The notes under the pieces: generated by a model
Told to the model about the DNA's origin: nothing
What the model saw: the letters and a program-made list of their open reading frames with translations, nothing else
Database searches by the model: none
Assembly (NCBI GenBank): GCA_039934355.1
Contig: JBDTMI010000016.1
Location: forward strand, 176 to 64,175
Source of the DNA: Gemmatimonadales bacterium
Lineage (GTDB): Bacteria; Gemmatimonadota; Gemmatimonadetes; Gemmatimonadales; GWC2-71-9
Direction: 5' to 3'
DNA length: 64,000 nt
Made by a program: the position numbers and the translations under genes
Shown: positions 18,965 through 32,384 of the stretch, one piece after another
Numbering within the stretch: position 1 is the stretch's first letter
Layout of the letters: the number at the start of each line of letters is the position of its first letter

Positions 18965-20005
18965 ATGCGTGACACCATCCTGCTGGTCGACGACGACCCC
19001 GACACCATCCGGGTGCTGGGCCGGATTCTCGCGCCCCTGGGGGAGGTGAAGTTCGCCACCAATGGGCAGGAGGCGCTGCGGCTGGCGCGACAGGCCGCGC
19101 CCGATGTGATCCTGCTCGACGCGGAGATGCCGGGTTTGAGCGGGTTCCAGGTATGCGAACGACTCAAGTCGGATCCCGCGCTCGCCGACGTTCCGGTCAT
19201 TTTCGTCACCAGTCACGGCGAGCCGACGTTCGAAGTTTCCGGTTTCGACATCGGCGCAGCGGACTTCATCGCCAAGCCGATCAATGCGCAGCTGGTGTTG
19301 GCACGGGTGAAGAACCAGCTGCGGGTCAAGCATATGGCCGACGAGCTGCGCCGGATCGGCGCCGTGGATGTCCTGACCGGCGTGGCCAACCGGCGCCGTT
19401 TCGATGAGGTGCTGGAGCAGGAATGGCGGCGCGCCCGCCGGACCGCCGAGCCGCTCACCCTGCTGATGATCGATGTCGACCACTTCAAGCTCTTCAACGA
19501 TCACTTCGGGCATCCGGCGGGCGACGCCTGCCTGCGATCGGTGGCGCAGGCGGTCGTCGGGTCCAGTCTACGCCCCGCGGACCTGGTCGCCCGCTACGGG
19601 GGCGAGGAGTTCGTCATGCTGCTGCCGAAAACGCCGCGGACCGGCGGAATGCACGTCGCGCACAGCATGCTTGAGGCCGTTGAACACCTCGGCATCGCGC
19701 ATCCGGAGTCGCCGACGGCACCGATCGTGACCGTGAGTGTCGGCGCCGCCTGTTACGACGAGGAAAGCGATTACTGGCTTCCACGCTGGTCCGATTCCCG
19801 CCTCACCGAGGACCGGCGTGCGGGCTGCACGGCCCAGCGACTGGTCGAGGCCGCCGACCGGGCCCTCTATGCCGCCAAGCATGCCGGACGGGCCCAGGCC
19901 ATGCTGCGGGATATCGCGGACACCGATGCACCCATACCGACGATGAGTACCGCCACGCCGTCGCCCGCTGGGGATCGCGGGACGGCCGAGTTTCCGCCCC
20001 AATAG
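18965..20005 (+). CDS. Response-regulator diguanylate cyclase (REC-GGDEF)
   Basis: ATG at 18965 (MRDTILLVDDD); ILLDAEMPG phospho-Asp; RPAD I-site; ARYGGEEF active site. Confidence 0.93.
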   Translation: MRDTILLVDDDPDTIRVLGRILAPLGEVKFATNGQEALRLARQAAPDVILLDAEMPGLSGFQVCERLKSDPALADVPVIFVTSHGEPTFEVSGFDIGAADFIAKPINAQLVLARVKNQLRVKHMADELRRIGAVDVLTGVANRRRFDEVLEQEWRRARRTAEPLTLLMIDVDHFKLFNDHFGHPAGDACLRSVAQAVVGSSLRPADLVARYGGEEFVMLLPKTPRTGGMHVAHSMLEAVEHLGIAHPESPTAPIVTVSVGAACYDEESDYWLPRWSDSRLTEDRRAGCTAQRLVEAADRALYAAKHAGRAQAMLRDIADTDAPIPTMSTATPSPAGDRGTAEFPPQ

Positions 20006-20070
20006 TCTGACCCTCGTCCCTGCACCAGCGGGGTGGGGCCGCCGAGCCTGCTCTTTGAGAGAGGTTGACC

Positions 20071-23000
20071 ATGTTCACCCCGATGCGCGCGCCCACCGTA
20101 CCGCCGGCGCCCGCTCCTCAGCGCGGTGCGCTGTCGCAGTTCCTCTTCGCGCCAGACCAGCTCACACCGTGGCAGTCGTATCTGTTCGCGGTGGGGGTGA
20201 CGCTGGCCGCGCTCGGTCTCCGCCTGGCGCTCGAGGGGCCGTTGCGAGGGCAGCCGACGCTGGTGATACTCACCGTGCCGATCATGCTCAGCGCCTACCT
20301 GGGCGGACTGCGTGCCGGTCTGCTGACGACGGGTCTGGCCGTCCTCTTGGCCAGCTTCTTCCTCTTTCCCCCGCTCCACAACCTCGTTGTCGCCTCGTCA
20401 GCCGCACGCTGGCAACTGCTGCTCGTGGCACTGGCCGGCGCGGTCATCAGCGTTCTGAACGAGGCGCTCCATCGGGCGCGCCGTCGCGCCGATATCGCCA
20501 CGCGCCGCCATGAACGGGCGGAAACGGCGCTGTACGCCACCGAGACAAAGTTGCGCAATGTGATCGACGGCCTCGGCCCCAACACCTTCCTCGGTCTCAT
20601 GACGGCGGAGGGCATCCTGATTGATGCGAACCGTCCGGGGCTTGTCGCTGCCGGCCTTGAAGCCAAGGACGTGCTGGGCCTGCCGTTCGACCAGACGTTC
20701 TGGTGGGAGCACTCCGAGACGGAGCGGGAAGCCCTTCGCGCCGCCATGACGCGTGGCGCAGCGGGCGAACCATCGCGCTACGATGTGCAGGTGCAGGTGA
20801 AGGATGGCGCCCTCCTCTGGATCGACTTCTCCCTCAATCCGGTCCGCGATACGACCGGACGCGTCATCTACCTCGTGCCCTCTGGCGTCATCATCGACGA
20901 ACGCGTCCGGGCAGAGGTCGCGCTACGAGAGCGCGAGAAGCATTTTCGCTTTCTCAATGACCTGGTCGAAGCGACACGAACGCTGGCCAATCCGGCCCAG
21001 ATCATGGCCGTGATGGCACGGATGCTTGGCGAATACCTGCGGGCCTCGCGCTGTGCCTACGCGGATGTGGAGAGCGACGGCGACCAGTTCACCATCCTGC
21101 ATGACTATGTCGATGGCTGCGCCAGTACGGTAGGCAGCTACCAACTCTCGCGCTTCGGCGCGCGGGCCGTGGCCACGCTGCACAGCGGGCAGACCCTCAT
21201 CGTCCGCGATGTGAAGGCCGAGCTCCTGCCGGCCGATGGGGCGGAAATGTTTGGCGCCATCGGCATCCAGGCGATCATCACCTGCCCCCTGGTCAAGGAG
21301 GGGCACCTGCGCGCCATGATGGCCGTCCATCAGACGACACCGCGCGATTGGCAGACGGCCGAGATCGCCATCGTCCAGGATGTCGTCGAACGGTGCTGGG
21401 CCACCATCGAGCGCCGGGCGGCGGAGGCCCAGGTGGTGCTCGAGCAGGCGCGCTTCAAGCTGATTTTCGAGTCCATGCCGATCGGGATCACCTTTTCCAT
21501 CACGCATCCGGACGGGCAGTGCACCCGCATGATCAACGATGCGCACCTGCAGATCTGCGGCCTGACGCGCGAACAAGACCAGACGCCGGACATCTACCAG
21601 CGACTGGCCCATCCCGAGGATGCCGTGCTGCAACAGACGCTAGACCGCGAGGTGCCGGCAGGCCGCGTCGGGAAAGTGTCGGCGGAAACGCAATTTGTCC
21701 GACCGGACGGCACCGTCGTCTGGGTCGCGTATTCTTTCCAACGCCGCAAGTCTCCTGATGGCAGTTTCACGGAACTGACCACCGTGGTGGACATTACAGC
21801 CCGCAAGCAGGCGGAAGCGGCCCTGCGGCAGGGGGGGGCGCTGCAGAGCGCCATCTTTAACAGCGCCAACTTCTCCAGCATCGCCACGGACGAGAAGGGC
21901 GTTATCCAGATCTTCAACGTCGGTGCCGAACGCATGCTGGGCTACGCGGCGAGCGACGTGATGAACAAGATCACCCCCGCCGACATTTCCGACCCAGAGG
22001 AGGTGATCGCCCGGGCCAGGGCCCTGAGCGAGGAACTCGAGACGCCGATCACTCCAGGGTTCGAGGCGCTCGTCTTCAAGGCCTCGCGCGGGATCGAAGA
22101 CATCTATGAGCTGACCTACATTCGCAAGGATGGCAGCCGATTCCCGGCGGTGGTCTCCGTGACCGCCCTGCGCGACGCGCAAGACGGCATCATCGGCTAC
22201 CTGCTGATCGGTACCGACAATACGGCACGGAAACTCGCGGAAGAGGCCCTGATTCAGGCCGGGGCGCTGCAGGGCGCGATCTTCAACAGCGCCAATTTTT
22301 CCAGCATCGCCACCGACGCGAACGGCGTCATCCAGATTTTCAATGTCGGGGCCGAACGCATGCTGGGCTACGCGGCGGCAGATGTGATGAACAAGATCAC
22401 GCCCGCGGATATTTCCGATCCCCAGGAAGTCGTTGCTCGCGCCAAGGCGCTGAGTGCCGAACTCGACACCCCGATCGCCCCCGGCTTCGAAGCGCTCGTG
22501 TTCAAGGCCTCGCGCGGGATCGAGGACATCTACGAGCTGACCTACATCCGCAAGGACGGCAGCCGCTTCCCGGCCGTCGTCTCGGTCACGGCGCTGCGCG
22601 ACGCGCAGGGCGGCATCATCGGCTACCTGCTGATCGGCACGGACAATACCGCGCGCCAGCAGGTCGAGGAGGAGCGCCGGAAGCTCGATCAGCGGCTGCG
22701 CGATCAGCACTTCTACACCCGCTCGCTGATCGAGTCCAACATCGATGCGCTGATGACCACCGATCCCCGCGGCATCATCACCGACGTCAACAAGCAGACG
22801 GAGGCGCTGACCGGCTGCACCCGGGACGAACTGATCGGCGCGCCGTTCAAGACCCACTTCACCGATCCGGTGCGGGCCGAGGCGGGTATCAATCGGGTGC
22901 TGGGCGAGGGTAAGGTCACGAACTACGAGCTGACCGCGCGCGACCGCACCGGCCACGAGACCGTCGTGTCGTACAACGCCACCACGTTCTACGATCGGGA

Positions 23001-24879
23001 CCGCAAACTCCAGGGCGTATTCGCCGCAGCCCGCGACATCACCGAACGGAAGCACTACGAGGAGTCCCTGCGAGACGCGACCCATCGGGCCGAGCAGGCC
23101 AACCGTGCCAAGAGCGAGTTCCTCGCCAACATGAGTCACGAGATCCGCACCCCGATGAACGCCATGATCGGCCTGTCGTATCTCCTGGGACGGACATCGC
23201 TGGACACGCACCAGGCCGAGGTGCTGGGAAGAATCACCCTCTCCAGCAAGGCGCTGCTGGTGGTCCTGAATGACATCCTCGACCTGTCGAAGATCGAGGC
23301 CGGAGAATTGATCGTCGAGCGTGTGACCTTCAGCCTGCCCACCCTGCTGCGGGAACTGGCCGAGGTGATGATGCCGCAGGCCGACGCCCGGGGGATCACC
23401 TTCCTGATTGACGCACCGGATACGCTGCCCCGCGCCCTGGAGGGCGACGCCACGCGCCTCAACCAGATCCTGATCAACCTGCTCACGAATGCCGTCAAGT
23501 TCACCGAGCACGGCGGCGTCACCCTGCGGGTGCGCCGGTTCTCGACCACGGCGGCCGGGATCACGCTCAGCTTTGTGGTGCACGATACCGGCATCGGCAT
23601 CGCCCCCGAGGTCCAGGCCCAGCTCTTCACACCGTTCGCCCAGGCCGATGCATCGATCACCCGGCGCTTCGGCGGCACCGGCCTGGGCCTGTCGATCGTG
23701 AAGCGGCTGGCCACGCTGCTGGGCGGCGAGGTGAGCCTCGAGAGCACACCTGGCGTGGGAAGCGACTTCAAGGTAGTCCTGGGATTCGGGCTGGCATCTC
23801 CCGAGGCGATCGCGCGCCTGGACGCGATTCCCGACTTGCCGGGTGAAGGTGCGCTGGTGGGTGTCCGCATCCTGGTCGTTGATGACAGCGACATCAATCT
23901 GGATGTGACCAAGCACATCCTGGAACTGGACGGCGCCGAAGTGCGGCTTGCGCGCCACGGGCAGGAGGCGCTCGACGTGCTCCGGGTGGAGCGGCATGGC
24001 ATCGACCTGGTGCTCATGGACGTGCAGATGCCCGGCCTCGATGGCCACGAGGCGACGGAACGGATTCGCCATGACCTCAAGCTGATCCGCGTGCCGATCA
24101 TCGCGCTGACCGCCGGCGCGTTGAGCAGCGAGCGTCAGCGCGCCACGGCGGCCGGCATGGACGACTACATCGTCAAGCCCTTCGATCCCCAGACCCTGGT
24201 GCGCACCATCCTGCGACATGTCCGTGGCAGCGGCGACGCTCGCCGCCAGCCCCCCGCCACGGAACGGGCAGCGGCGGATCCCGCGCGGCTCCCGTGGCCG
24301 GAGATCGACGGAATCGATTCGAACGACGCGCGCGAACGCTTCGGCGGTGATACCCGGCTGTTCCTCTCGTCGCTCACCCGCCTCTTGACGCAATACACCG
24401 ATCTCGCATTGCCCTCGGCTGCGGAGGAGGATGCCGAGGCCATCGCCGCCCATGCCGCCCGCATGCACAAGCTGCGGGGCAGCGCGGGAATGCTGGGCGC
24501 CACGGAGCTCCGGCAGCTGGCGGAAGAGGCGGAAAGGGCGAGCATCAGCGGAAATGTGGCTCGCGTCGGGCAGCTCACGACCAGCCTTCGCATCCAGTTG
24601 CAGCGCCTCCGGGCGGGCGCGGCTCCGCTGATCCTGGCCGAGAAGGTTCGAGCAGGGGCGTCCGCCGTGGCGGCAGGCGGGGAGTTGGTGCCGGGCCAAC
24701 TCGCCGATCTCATCAGCCTGCTGCGCCAGCAGAACCTGGCGGCGGTGGACCTCCTCGGCGCCCTCTCCCCTCAACTGCAACAGCTGCTCGGGCTGGAGTC
24801 TTATGGCGTTGTCCGCGACCATTTGGACAACCTGCGCTTTGGCGACGCGGCGGACGTGCTGGCGGGAAGTCAAACGTAG
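20071..24879 (+). CDS. Hybrid sensor histidine kinase (membrane sensor, PAS, GAF, further PAS domains, HisKA, HATPase, REC, Hpt)
   Basis: EFLANMSHEIRTPMN H-box; NAVKFT; DTGIG; GGTGLGL; LMDVQMPG receiver; HKLRGSAG Hpt. Confidence 0.95.
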   Translation: MFTPMRAPTVPPAPAPQRGALSQFLFAPDQLTPWQSYLFAVGVTLAALGLRLALEGPLRGQPTLVILTVPIMLSAYLGGLRAGLLTTGLAVLLASFFLFPPLHNLVVASSAARWQLLLVALAGAVISVLNEALHRARRRADIATRRHERAETALYATETKLRNVIDGLGPNTFLGLMTAEGILIDANRPGLVAAGLEAKDVLGLPFDQTFWWEHSETEREALRAAMTRGAAGEPSRYDVQVQVKDGALLWIDFSLNPVRDTTGRVIYLVPSGVIIDERVRAEVALREREKHFRFLNDLVEATRTLANPAQIMAVMARMLGEYLRASRCAYADVESDGDQFTILHDYVDGCASTVGSYQLSRFGARAVATLHSGQTLIVRDVKAELLPADGAEMFGAIGIQAIITCPLVKEGHLRAMMAVHQTTPRDWQTAEIAIVQDVVERCWATIERRAAEAQVVLEQARFKLIFESMPIGITFSITHPDGQCTRMINDAHLQICGLTREQDQTPDIYQRLAHPEDAVLQQTLDREVPAGRVGKVSAETQFVRPDGTVVWVAYSFQRRKSPDGSFTELTTVVDITARKQAEAALRQGGALQSAIFNSANFSSIATDEKGVIQIFNVGAERMLGYAASDVMNKITPADISDPEEVIARARALSEELETPITPGFEALVFKASRGIEDIYELTYIRKDGSRFPAVVSVTALRDAQDGIIGYLLIGTDNTARKLAEEALIQAGALQGAIFNSANFSSIATDANGVIQIFNVGAERMLGYAAADVMNKITPADISDPQEVVARAKALSAELDTPIAPGFEALVFKASRGIEDIYELTYIRKDGSRFPAVVSVTALRDAQGGIIGYLLIGTDNTARQQVEEERRKLDQRLRDQHFYTRSLIESNIDALMTTDPRGIITDVNKQTEALTGCTRDELIGAPFKTHFTDPVRAEAGINRVLGEGKVTNYELTARDRTGHETVVSYNATTFYDRDRKLQGVFAAARDITERKHYEESLRDATHRAEQANRAKSEFLANMSHEIRTPMNAMIGLSYLLGRTSLDTHQAEVLGRITLSSKALLVVLNDILDLSKIEAGELIVERVTFSLPTLLRELAEVMMPQADARGITFLIDAPDTLPRALEGDATRLNQILINLLTNAVKFTEHGGVTLRVRRFSTTAAGITLSFVVHDTGIGIAPEVQAQLFTPFAQADASITRRFGGTGLGLSIVKRLATLLGGEVSLESTPGVGSDFKVVLGFGLASPEAIARLDAIPDLPGEGALVGVRILVVDDSDINLDVTKHILELDGAEVRLARHGQEALDVLRVERHGIDLVLMDVQMPGLDGHEATERIRHDLKLIRVPIIALTAGALSSERQRATAAGMDDYIVKPFDPQTLVRTILRHVRGSGDARRQPPATERAAADPARLPWPEIDGIDSNDARERFGGDTRLFLSSLTRLLTQYTDLALPSAAEEDAEAIAAHAARMHKLRGSAGMLGATELRQLAEEAERASISGNVARVGQLTTSLRIQLQRLRAGAAPLILAEKVRAGASAVAAGGELVPGQLADLISLLRQQNLAAVDLLGALSPQLQQLLGLESYGVVRDHLDNLRFGDAADVLAGSQT
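21835..22656 (+). repeat. Intragenic tandem duplication of a PAS-PAC module (426-bp offset)
   Basis: GALQSAIFNSANFSSIATD...IGTDNTAR at 21835-22230 repeated at 22261-22656 with a near-identical protein sequence. Confidence 0.95.
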
Positions 24880-24887
24880 GGCTGCAA

Positions 24888-24908
24888 TCAGCCGTCAGCC
24901 GTCAGCCG
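24888..24908. repeat. Heptamer repeat (TCAGCCG)x3 just after the kinase stop
   Basis: tcagccg tcagccg tcagccg, exact copies. Confidence 0.85.
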
Positions 24909-25052
24909 GGCGACAACCTAAGGTGCACGACCGATAGGTTAGTGCTGCTGGGGGTTGCCCTGCCCTGCCTGCCCCACCTACCATGCGCCCCGCGCACACC
25001 GGGCATTCGGCACCGAGCGGCGACACTGGCCCACTGGAGTCAGACAGGCAGC

Positions 25053-26693
25053 ATGTCCCACAGCCCGACGGAATCGATTCAGCCCGCGGGCCCGACCTCC
25101 CCCGCGCTCGCCCGGCTTCATGCGGAAGTGATCCGCCGCCGGACCTTTGCGATCATCAGTCACCCCGACGCCGGCAAGACCACCCTCACCGAGAAACTGC
25201 TGCTCTACGGCGGCGCCATCCACCTGGCCGGTACGGTGAAGGCCCGCCGGGCCACCCGTCATGCGACCTCCGACTGGATGGAGCTCGAGCGCCAACGCGG
25301 CATCTCGGTCACCTCCAGCGTGCTGCAGTTCGAGTATCAGGGCTACCAGATCAATCTGCTGGACACGCCCGGGCACCAGGACTTCTCGGAGGATACCTAC
25401 CGCACGCTCGTCGCCGCGGACAGCGCGGTGATGCTGCTCGACAACCGGAAGGGGGTCGAGGAGCGCACCCGCCAGCTGTTCGAGGTCTGCCGGCGCCGGC
25501 GGATGCCGATCTTCACCTTCGTCAACAAGTGCGACCGGCCCGGTGGTGATCCGCTCCAGTTGCTCAGCGACGTCGAAACCGATCTCGGCATCTCCTGCTG
25601 CCCGATCACCTGGCCGGTTAATGGCAGCAGCGGATTTGTCGGCGTGTACGACCGGCGCAGCCGGCGGGTGCTGGTCTTCGACAGCCGGGGCGACCACGGG
25701 GCCAGCGCGACGGAGTTCCACGCCATTCCGCTTGAGAGCGGAGAGACCCAGGCCCTGCTCGGCGACTCCACCTACCGGCAGTTGCGCGAGGAGATCTCGC
25801 TGCTGGACGAGGCGGGCAATGTGTTCGATGCCGCCAAGGTGCTGACCGGCGACCAGTCGCCGGTGTTCTTCGGCAGCGCGCTCAGCAACTTCGGGGTCGA
25901 ACCCTTCCTGGCTGACTTTCTCCCGCTGGCGCCGTCGCCCACGTCACGGATGTCCACCCTCGGCCCGATCGAGCCGGAGCGCGAGGACTTCAGCGGCTTC
26001 GTCTTCAAGATCCAGGCGAACATGGATCCCAAGCACCGGGACCGGATCGCGTTTGTCCGGATCTGTTCCGGCCGGTTCGAGGCGGGCGAGGAGGTGCGCC
26101 ATACCCGCACCGGCAAGCGCATGCGGCTGGCGGCCCCGCAGCAGTTCCTGGCCCGGGAGCGGACCAGCGTCGAGGAGGCATGGCCGGGCGACGTGGTCGG
26201 GATCATCGACCGAGGCACGCTCCGGATTGGCGACACGCTGTGTGAGGCGGGCAACTTCAGCTTTCAGGACATCCCGCGCTTCCCGCCCGAGCATTTCGCC
26301 CGGGTCTACCCCGCCGATCCGTTGCGCCGCAAGCAACTTGATGCCGGCCTGCGCGAATTGTCCGAGGAGGGCGCCGCCCAGGTGTTCTACGCCGACGGCG
26401 AGGCCGGTCCGACGCCGATCGTCGGCGCCGTCGGCATGCTGCAGTTTGACGTGATGCGCTTCCGGCTGGAGCACGAGTACAACGCCCCATGCAAGTTCGA
26501 GCCGATCTCCATGCGCTTTCCGCGCTGGGTCACCGGCCCCGCCGAGGCGATCGACCGGGTGGCATCGCTGCGAGGACGACTGCGGTTGTTCGACACGAAG
26601 GGGAACCCGCTGGTGCTGTTTGAGGATGAATACGGTCTGCGCTCCAGCCTCGAGAAGGACAAGGAGCTGACCTTCCACGACGTGGCGCCATAA
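25053..26693 (+). CDS. prfC: Peptide chain release factor 3
   Basis: RRRTFAIISHPDAGKTTLTEKLLL, SDWM, DTPGHQDFSEDTYR, FKIQANMDPKHRDRIAF, GAVGMLQFDV. Confidence 0.97.
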   Translation: MSHSPTESIQPAGPTSPALARLHAEVIRRRTFAIISHPDAGKTTLTEKLLLYGGAIHLAGTVKARRATRHATSDWMELERQRGISVTSSVLQFEYQGYQINLLDTPGHQDFSEDTYRTLVAADSAVMLLDNRKGVEERTRQLFEVCRRRRMPIFTFVNKCDRPGGDPLQLLSDVETDLGISCCPITWPVNGSSGFVGVYDRRSRRVLVFDSRGDHGASATEFHAIPLESGETQALLGDSTYRQLREEISLLDEAGNVFDAAKVLTGDQSPVFFGSALSNFGVEPFLADFLPLAPSPTSRMSTLGPIEPEREDFSGFVFKIQANMDPKHRDRIAFVRICSGRFEAGEEVRHTRTGKRMRLAAPQQFLARERTSVEEAWPGDVVGIIDRGTLRIGDTLCEAGNFSFQDIPRFPPEHFARVYPADPLRRKQLDAGLRELSEEGAAQVFYADGEAGPTPIVGAVGMLQFDVMRFRLEHEYNAPCKFEPISMRFPRWVTGPAEAIDRVASLRGRLRLFDTKGNPLVLFEDEYGLRSSLEKDKELTFHDVAP

Positions 26694-26720
26694 CGAATCG
26701 GGGCGCGGATGCAGGTCTCG

Positions 26721-29811
<3,091 letters not shown>

Positions 29812-29978
29812 CGATCTCGATCTCCTTAGAATCGCGCCGCGCACCGTCTCGCCGGCACATTGGCTGTGGCCGGCGGTCTGGAAGTAAGACCGGTTTGGGG
29901 GTCCGCGGTAGCGGAAGGCAATCGGCGGAGCTGGGTTCCGCTGGCGAGCCGGGCAGCATTCATCCCGGGACACAGCAA

Positions 29979-30008
29979 TGGCGGGCCTCCGTTGTCGGGA
30001 GCCCGCCA
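29979..30008 (-). terminator. Hairpin downstream of the small secreted gene
   Basis: tggcgggc...gcccgcca stem; weak U tract. Confidence 0.5.
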
Positions 30009-30020
30009 ATGTAGTGCCGG

Positions 30021-30437
30021 CTACTTCCTCACCAGCAACTGCCGGGTGTAGCGCTGCCCGTCCACCGTAAGCTGCACATAGTACAGCCCAGGACTGACCT
30101 CACGTTTGCCAGTCGGTGTGCGACCATCCCAGAATGCCTCGTACTGTCCGCACTGGAGCCGCACGCCAGCCAGGGATTCACCGTCTGCATTGAGCAGGAT
30201 GGGCGCCCCGACAACCTGCGCCAGCACATTGTAGATCTTCAGACTGACCAGGGGCTGATGACCTCGCTCGCATAGGTCCGGTTGGAGGACGAACGGAATC
30301 GTCGTCGAGGGAAAGAACGGATTCGGGTAGTTCTCACGCAGCTCCACCAGCGGCGGCGGCCGTTCCTGCGCGGAAGCCGAACCGGTAAACGCCAGCAGTA
30401 GCGCGAGCGACCACCCGGCCCAATGCCAGCGGGCCAT
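30021..30437 (-). CDS. Small secreted protein consisting of a FlgD-Ig / T9SS-CTD-like domain
   Basis: Signal peptide ending [46 protein letters not shown]. Confidence 0.8.
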   Translation of the reverse strand: MARWHWAGWSLALLLAFTGSASAQERPPPLVELRENYPNPFFPSTTIPFVLQPDLCERGHQPLVSLKIYNVLAQVVGAPILLNADGESLAGVRLQCGQYEAFWDGRTPTGKREVSPGLYYVQLTVDGQRYTRQLLVRK

Positions 30438-30530
30438 GGGAGGCTCCTTTCAGCGTGTCATGCGCACGGCCGCTCGAACTCCGCACCGTGAGTCCAAGTT
30501 TACCGACTGCCCCCCCTCGCGCAAGGAAGG

Positions 30531-32384
30531 TCAGGTCGGGGCCGGAATACCCAGTCTCGGGCCGGGGATTCGGCTGTCACCCCGCCGAATTGTGAGGCCG
30601 GAGGCATCGGCCCATTCCAGCAGCGGGATCAGGAATTTTCGAGACAGGCCGGTGCGCTCGCGCAGCGCGGCCGGAGTGATGCCCTTCGGCGCCAGCTCGC
30701 GGAGCGCGGCGGAGAATGTCGCGATGGCGACCGGCGAGTAGTAGCGGTCCGGTTCAACCTGCACCAGCCGGCCGGCACGGGCCGCAAGGCGCAGCGCATC
30801 GGCGACGGCATCGCCGCCGGACTCGAGCTTCAACTCCCCGGCCGAAGGCGGCATTAACCCCGCCTTCTCGATCTGGTCCACCAGCTGGTCGAGCACCGTT
30901 GCGCCGCCGGCCACCCCAGCCTGGAAACCAGGCGTCGTCACCACCGCCGCCGAGGCGACCAGCTTGCCCGAGGTGAGCACGCGCTCCAGCGCCACTTCCG
31001 CGACGCCGCGAAACCGATCAAGTGCCTGACGCAGCGTCTGCCGAGGCATTCCTGGGGCGGCAGGATGCTCCCGGTGCCAGGCCTCGACCCTGGCCACCGC
31101 GAAGTGCTGGGCCTCCCCGATCCGGCCAGGGGTGAGCAGGAGGTCGTGATATCGAGTCACTGGTGCGGCGCGCAGCAGTCGGACCAACTCGCGTGGAGAC
31201 ACGCCCAGGACAACTGGGGCAGACAGCATCGAAAGGCCGTCCGGCCGCCGGTCCACGAGCGCCACAAGTCGATCGGCGGGACTCTCGTGTGCGAGAGCAG
31301 GGACCCATTCCGCCCGCTGGCGCGGCGGCTGAGGATCGACCACCCAGCCACCCCCGACCGTCGTCACTGGGCTGTAACTCCGGAGAACGAGTCGATCTCC
31401 CCCTCGCGCGACGGCCGGCGACTCCAGGACGAGCCGCGCGAGCCCTGCGCCTCCCGGCGGGATTGACTCGCGCAGGTGGATGCGTGCCATCGTTTCAAAC
31501 GTCGCGAGGTGGACCCGCACCCGCGTCTGGTGGGTCAGCGGATGGGGCGCGCTGGACAACAGCCCGAGCATCGCGTCGATCACCGAGGTCACCTCCCACC
31601 CCTCCCCAGGGCGAACGATGGTATCGCCCCGGCGTACCTGGGCCCGGTCGACCCCCGCAAGCGCCAGCGCAATCCGCTCGCCCGGGGCGGTGACCTGCAC
31701 CGCGCCTCCATGGCGCTCGATGCTCCTGATGCGCGCCTCATGCCCCGCCGGGAGCACGAGGACGGCCTCGTCCGTTTGCCATTCGCCCGTCCACGAGGTA
31801 CCGGTGACGACCGTGCCGGTACCTGGCAGCGAAAGCACCCGGTCCACCGGCAATCGTGAGAGATCGCCGATCGTTCGGTTCCGCCCCGCCTCGCAGGTGG
31901 CGATCTGCATCCGCAGCGCGTCGATGCCCAGTCCGGTCACGGCGGAGGTGACGGCCACGGGCCCGAACCGGACCGGACTGTCCCGCAGCCACGCTTCGAC
32001 ATCGGCCTGCACCAGCGCGAGCCAATCGGGATCGACCAAGTCGGCCCGGGTGAGCACCGGGATGCCGAAAGGAACGCGGAGCTGCTCGACCACCGCGAGG
32101 TGCTCACGCGACTGGGGCATGATGCCGTCGTCCGCGGCGATCACCAGCAGCACAAGGTCGAGCCCGGCGGCGCCGGCCACCATGGTCCGCACGAGATCCT
32201 CATGCCCGGGGACATCGACCACGCCAGTCACCCGTCCGTCAGGCAGTGCCAGCGAGGCTACATGAAGATCGAGGGTGATCCCGCGTCGACGTTCATCGAT
32301 GAAGGGATCCATCGCCTTCCCGGTCAGCGCCTGCACCAGCGCCGTCTTGCCGTGATCGATATGCCCTGCAGTGCCGATGATCAT
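30531..32384 (-). CDS. selB: Selenocysteine-specific elongation factor SelB (divergent)
   Basis: MIIGTAGHIDHGKT, DVPGHE, DGIMPQSREH, PVDRV..GTVVTGT, LRSYSPVTTVGGG; C-terminal winged helix SRKFLIPLLE...RRGDSR. Confidence 0.92.
   Translation of the reverse strand: MIIGTAGHIDHGKTALVQALTGKAMDPFIDERRRGITLDLHVASLALPDGRVTGVVDVPGHEDLVRTMVAGAAGLDLVLLVIAADDGIMPQSREHLAVVEQLRVPFGIPVLTRADLVDPDWLALVQADVEAWLRDSPVRFGPVAVTSAVTGLGIDALRMQIATCEAGRNRTIGDLSRLPVDRVLSLPGTGTVVTGTSWTGEWQTDEAVLVLPAGHEARIRSIERHGGAVQVTAPGERIALALAGVDRAQVRRGDTIVRPGEGWEVTSVIDAMLGLLSSAPHPLTHQTRVRVHLATFETMARIHLRESIPPGGAGLARLVLESPAVARGGDRLVLRSYSPVTTVGGGWVVDPQPPRQRAEWVPALAHESPADRLVALVDRRPDGLSMLSAPVVLGVSPRELVRLLRAAPVTRYHDLLLTPGRIGEAQHFAVARVEAWHREHPAAPGMPRQTLRQALDRFRGVAEVALERVLTSGKLVASAAVVTTPGFQAGVAGGATVLDQLVDQIEKAGLMPPSAGELKLESGGDAVADALRLAARAGRLVQVEPDRYYSPVAIATFSAALRELAPKGITPAALRERTGLSRKFLIPLLEWADASGLTIRRGDSRIPGPRLGIPAPT

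Noticed and set aside
21640..24873. 1077-aa minus-strand ORF and many other long overlapping ORFs (e.g. 987-2693, 27877-29331, 45748-47724, 49429-51300)
   Set aside because: Antisense shadows of clearly identified genes, expected at high GC; no recognisable motifs
29812..30020. CIRCE/HrcA operator or RNA thermometer upstream of clpB
   Set aside because: No TTAGCACTC-N9-GAGTGCTAA; the CGCCGGC hairpin does not cover the SD
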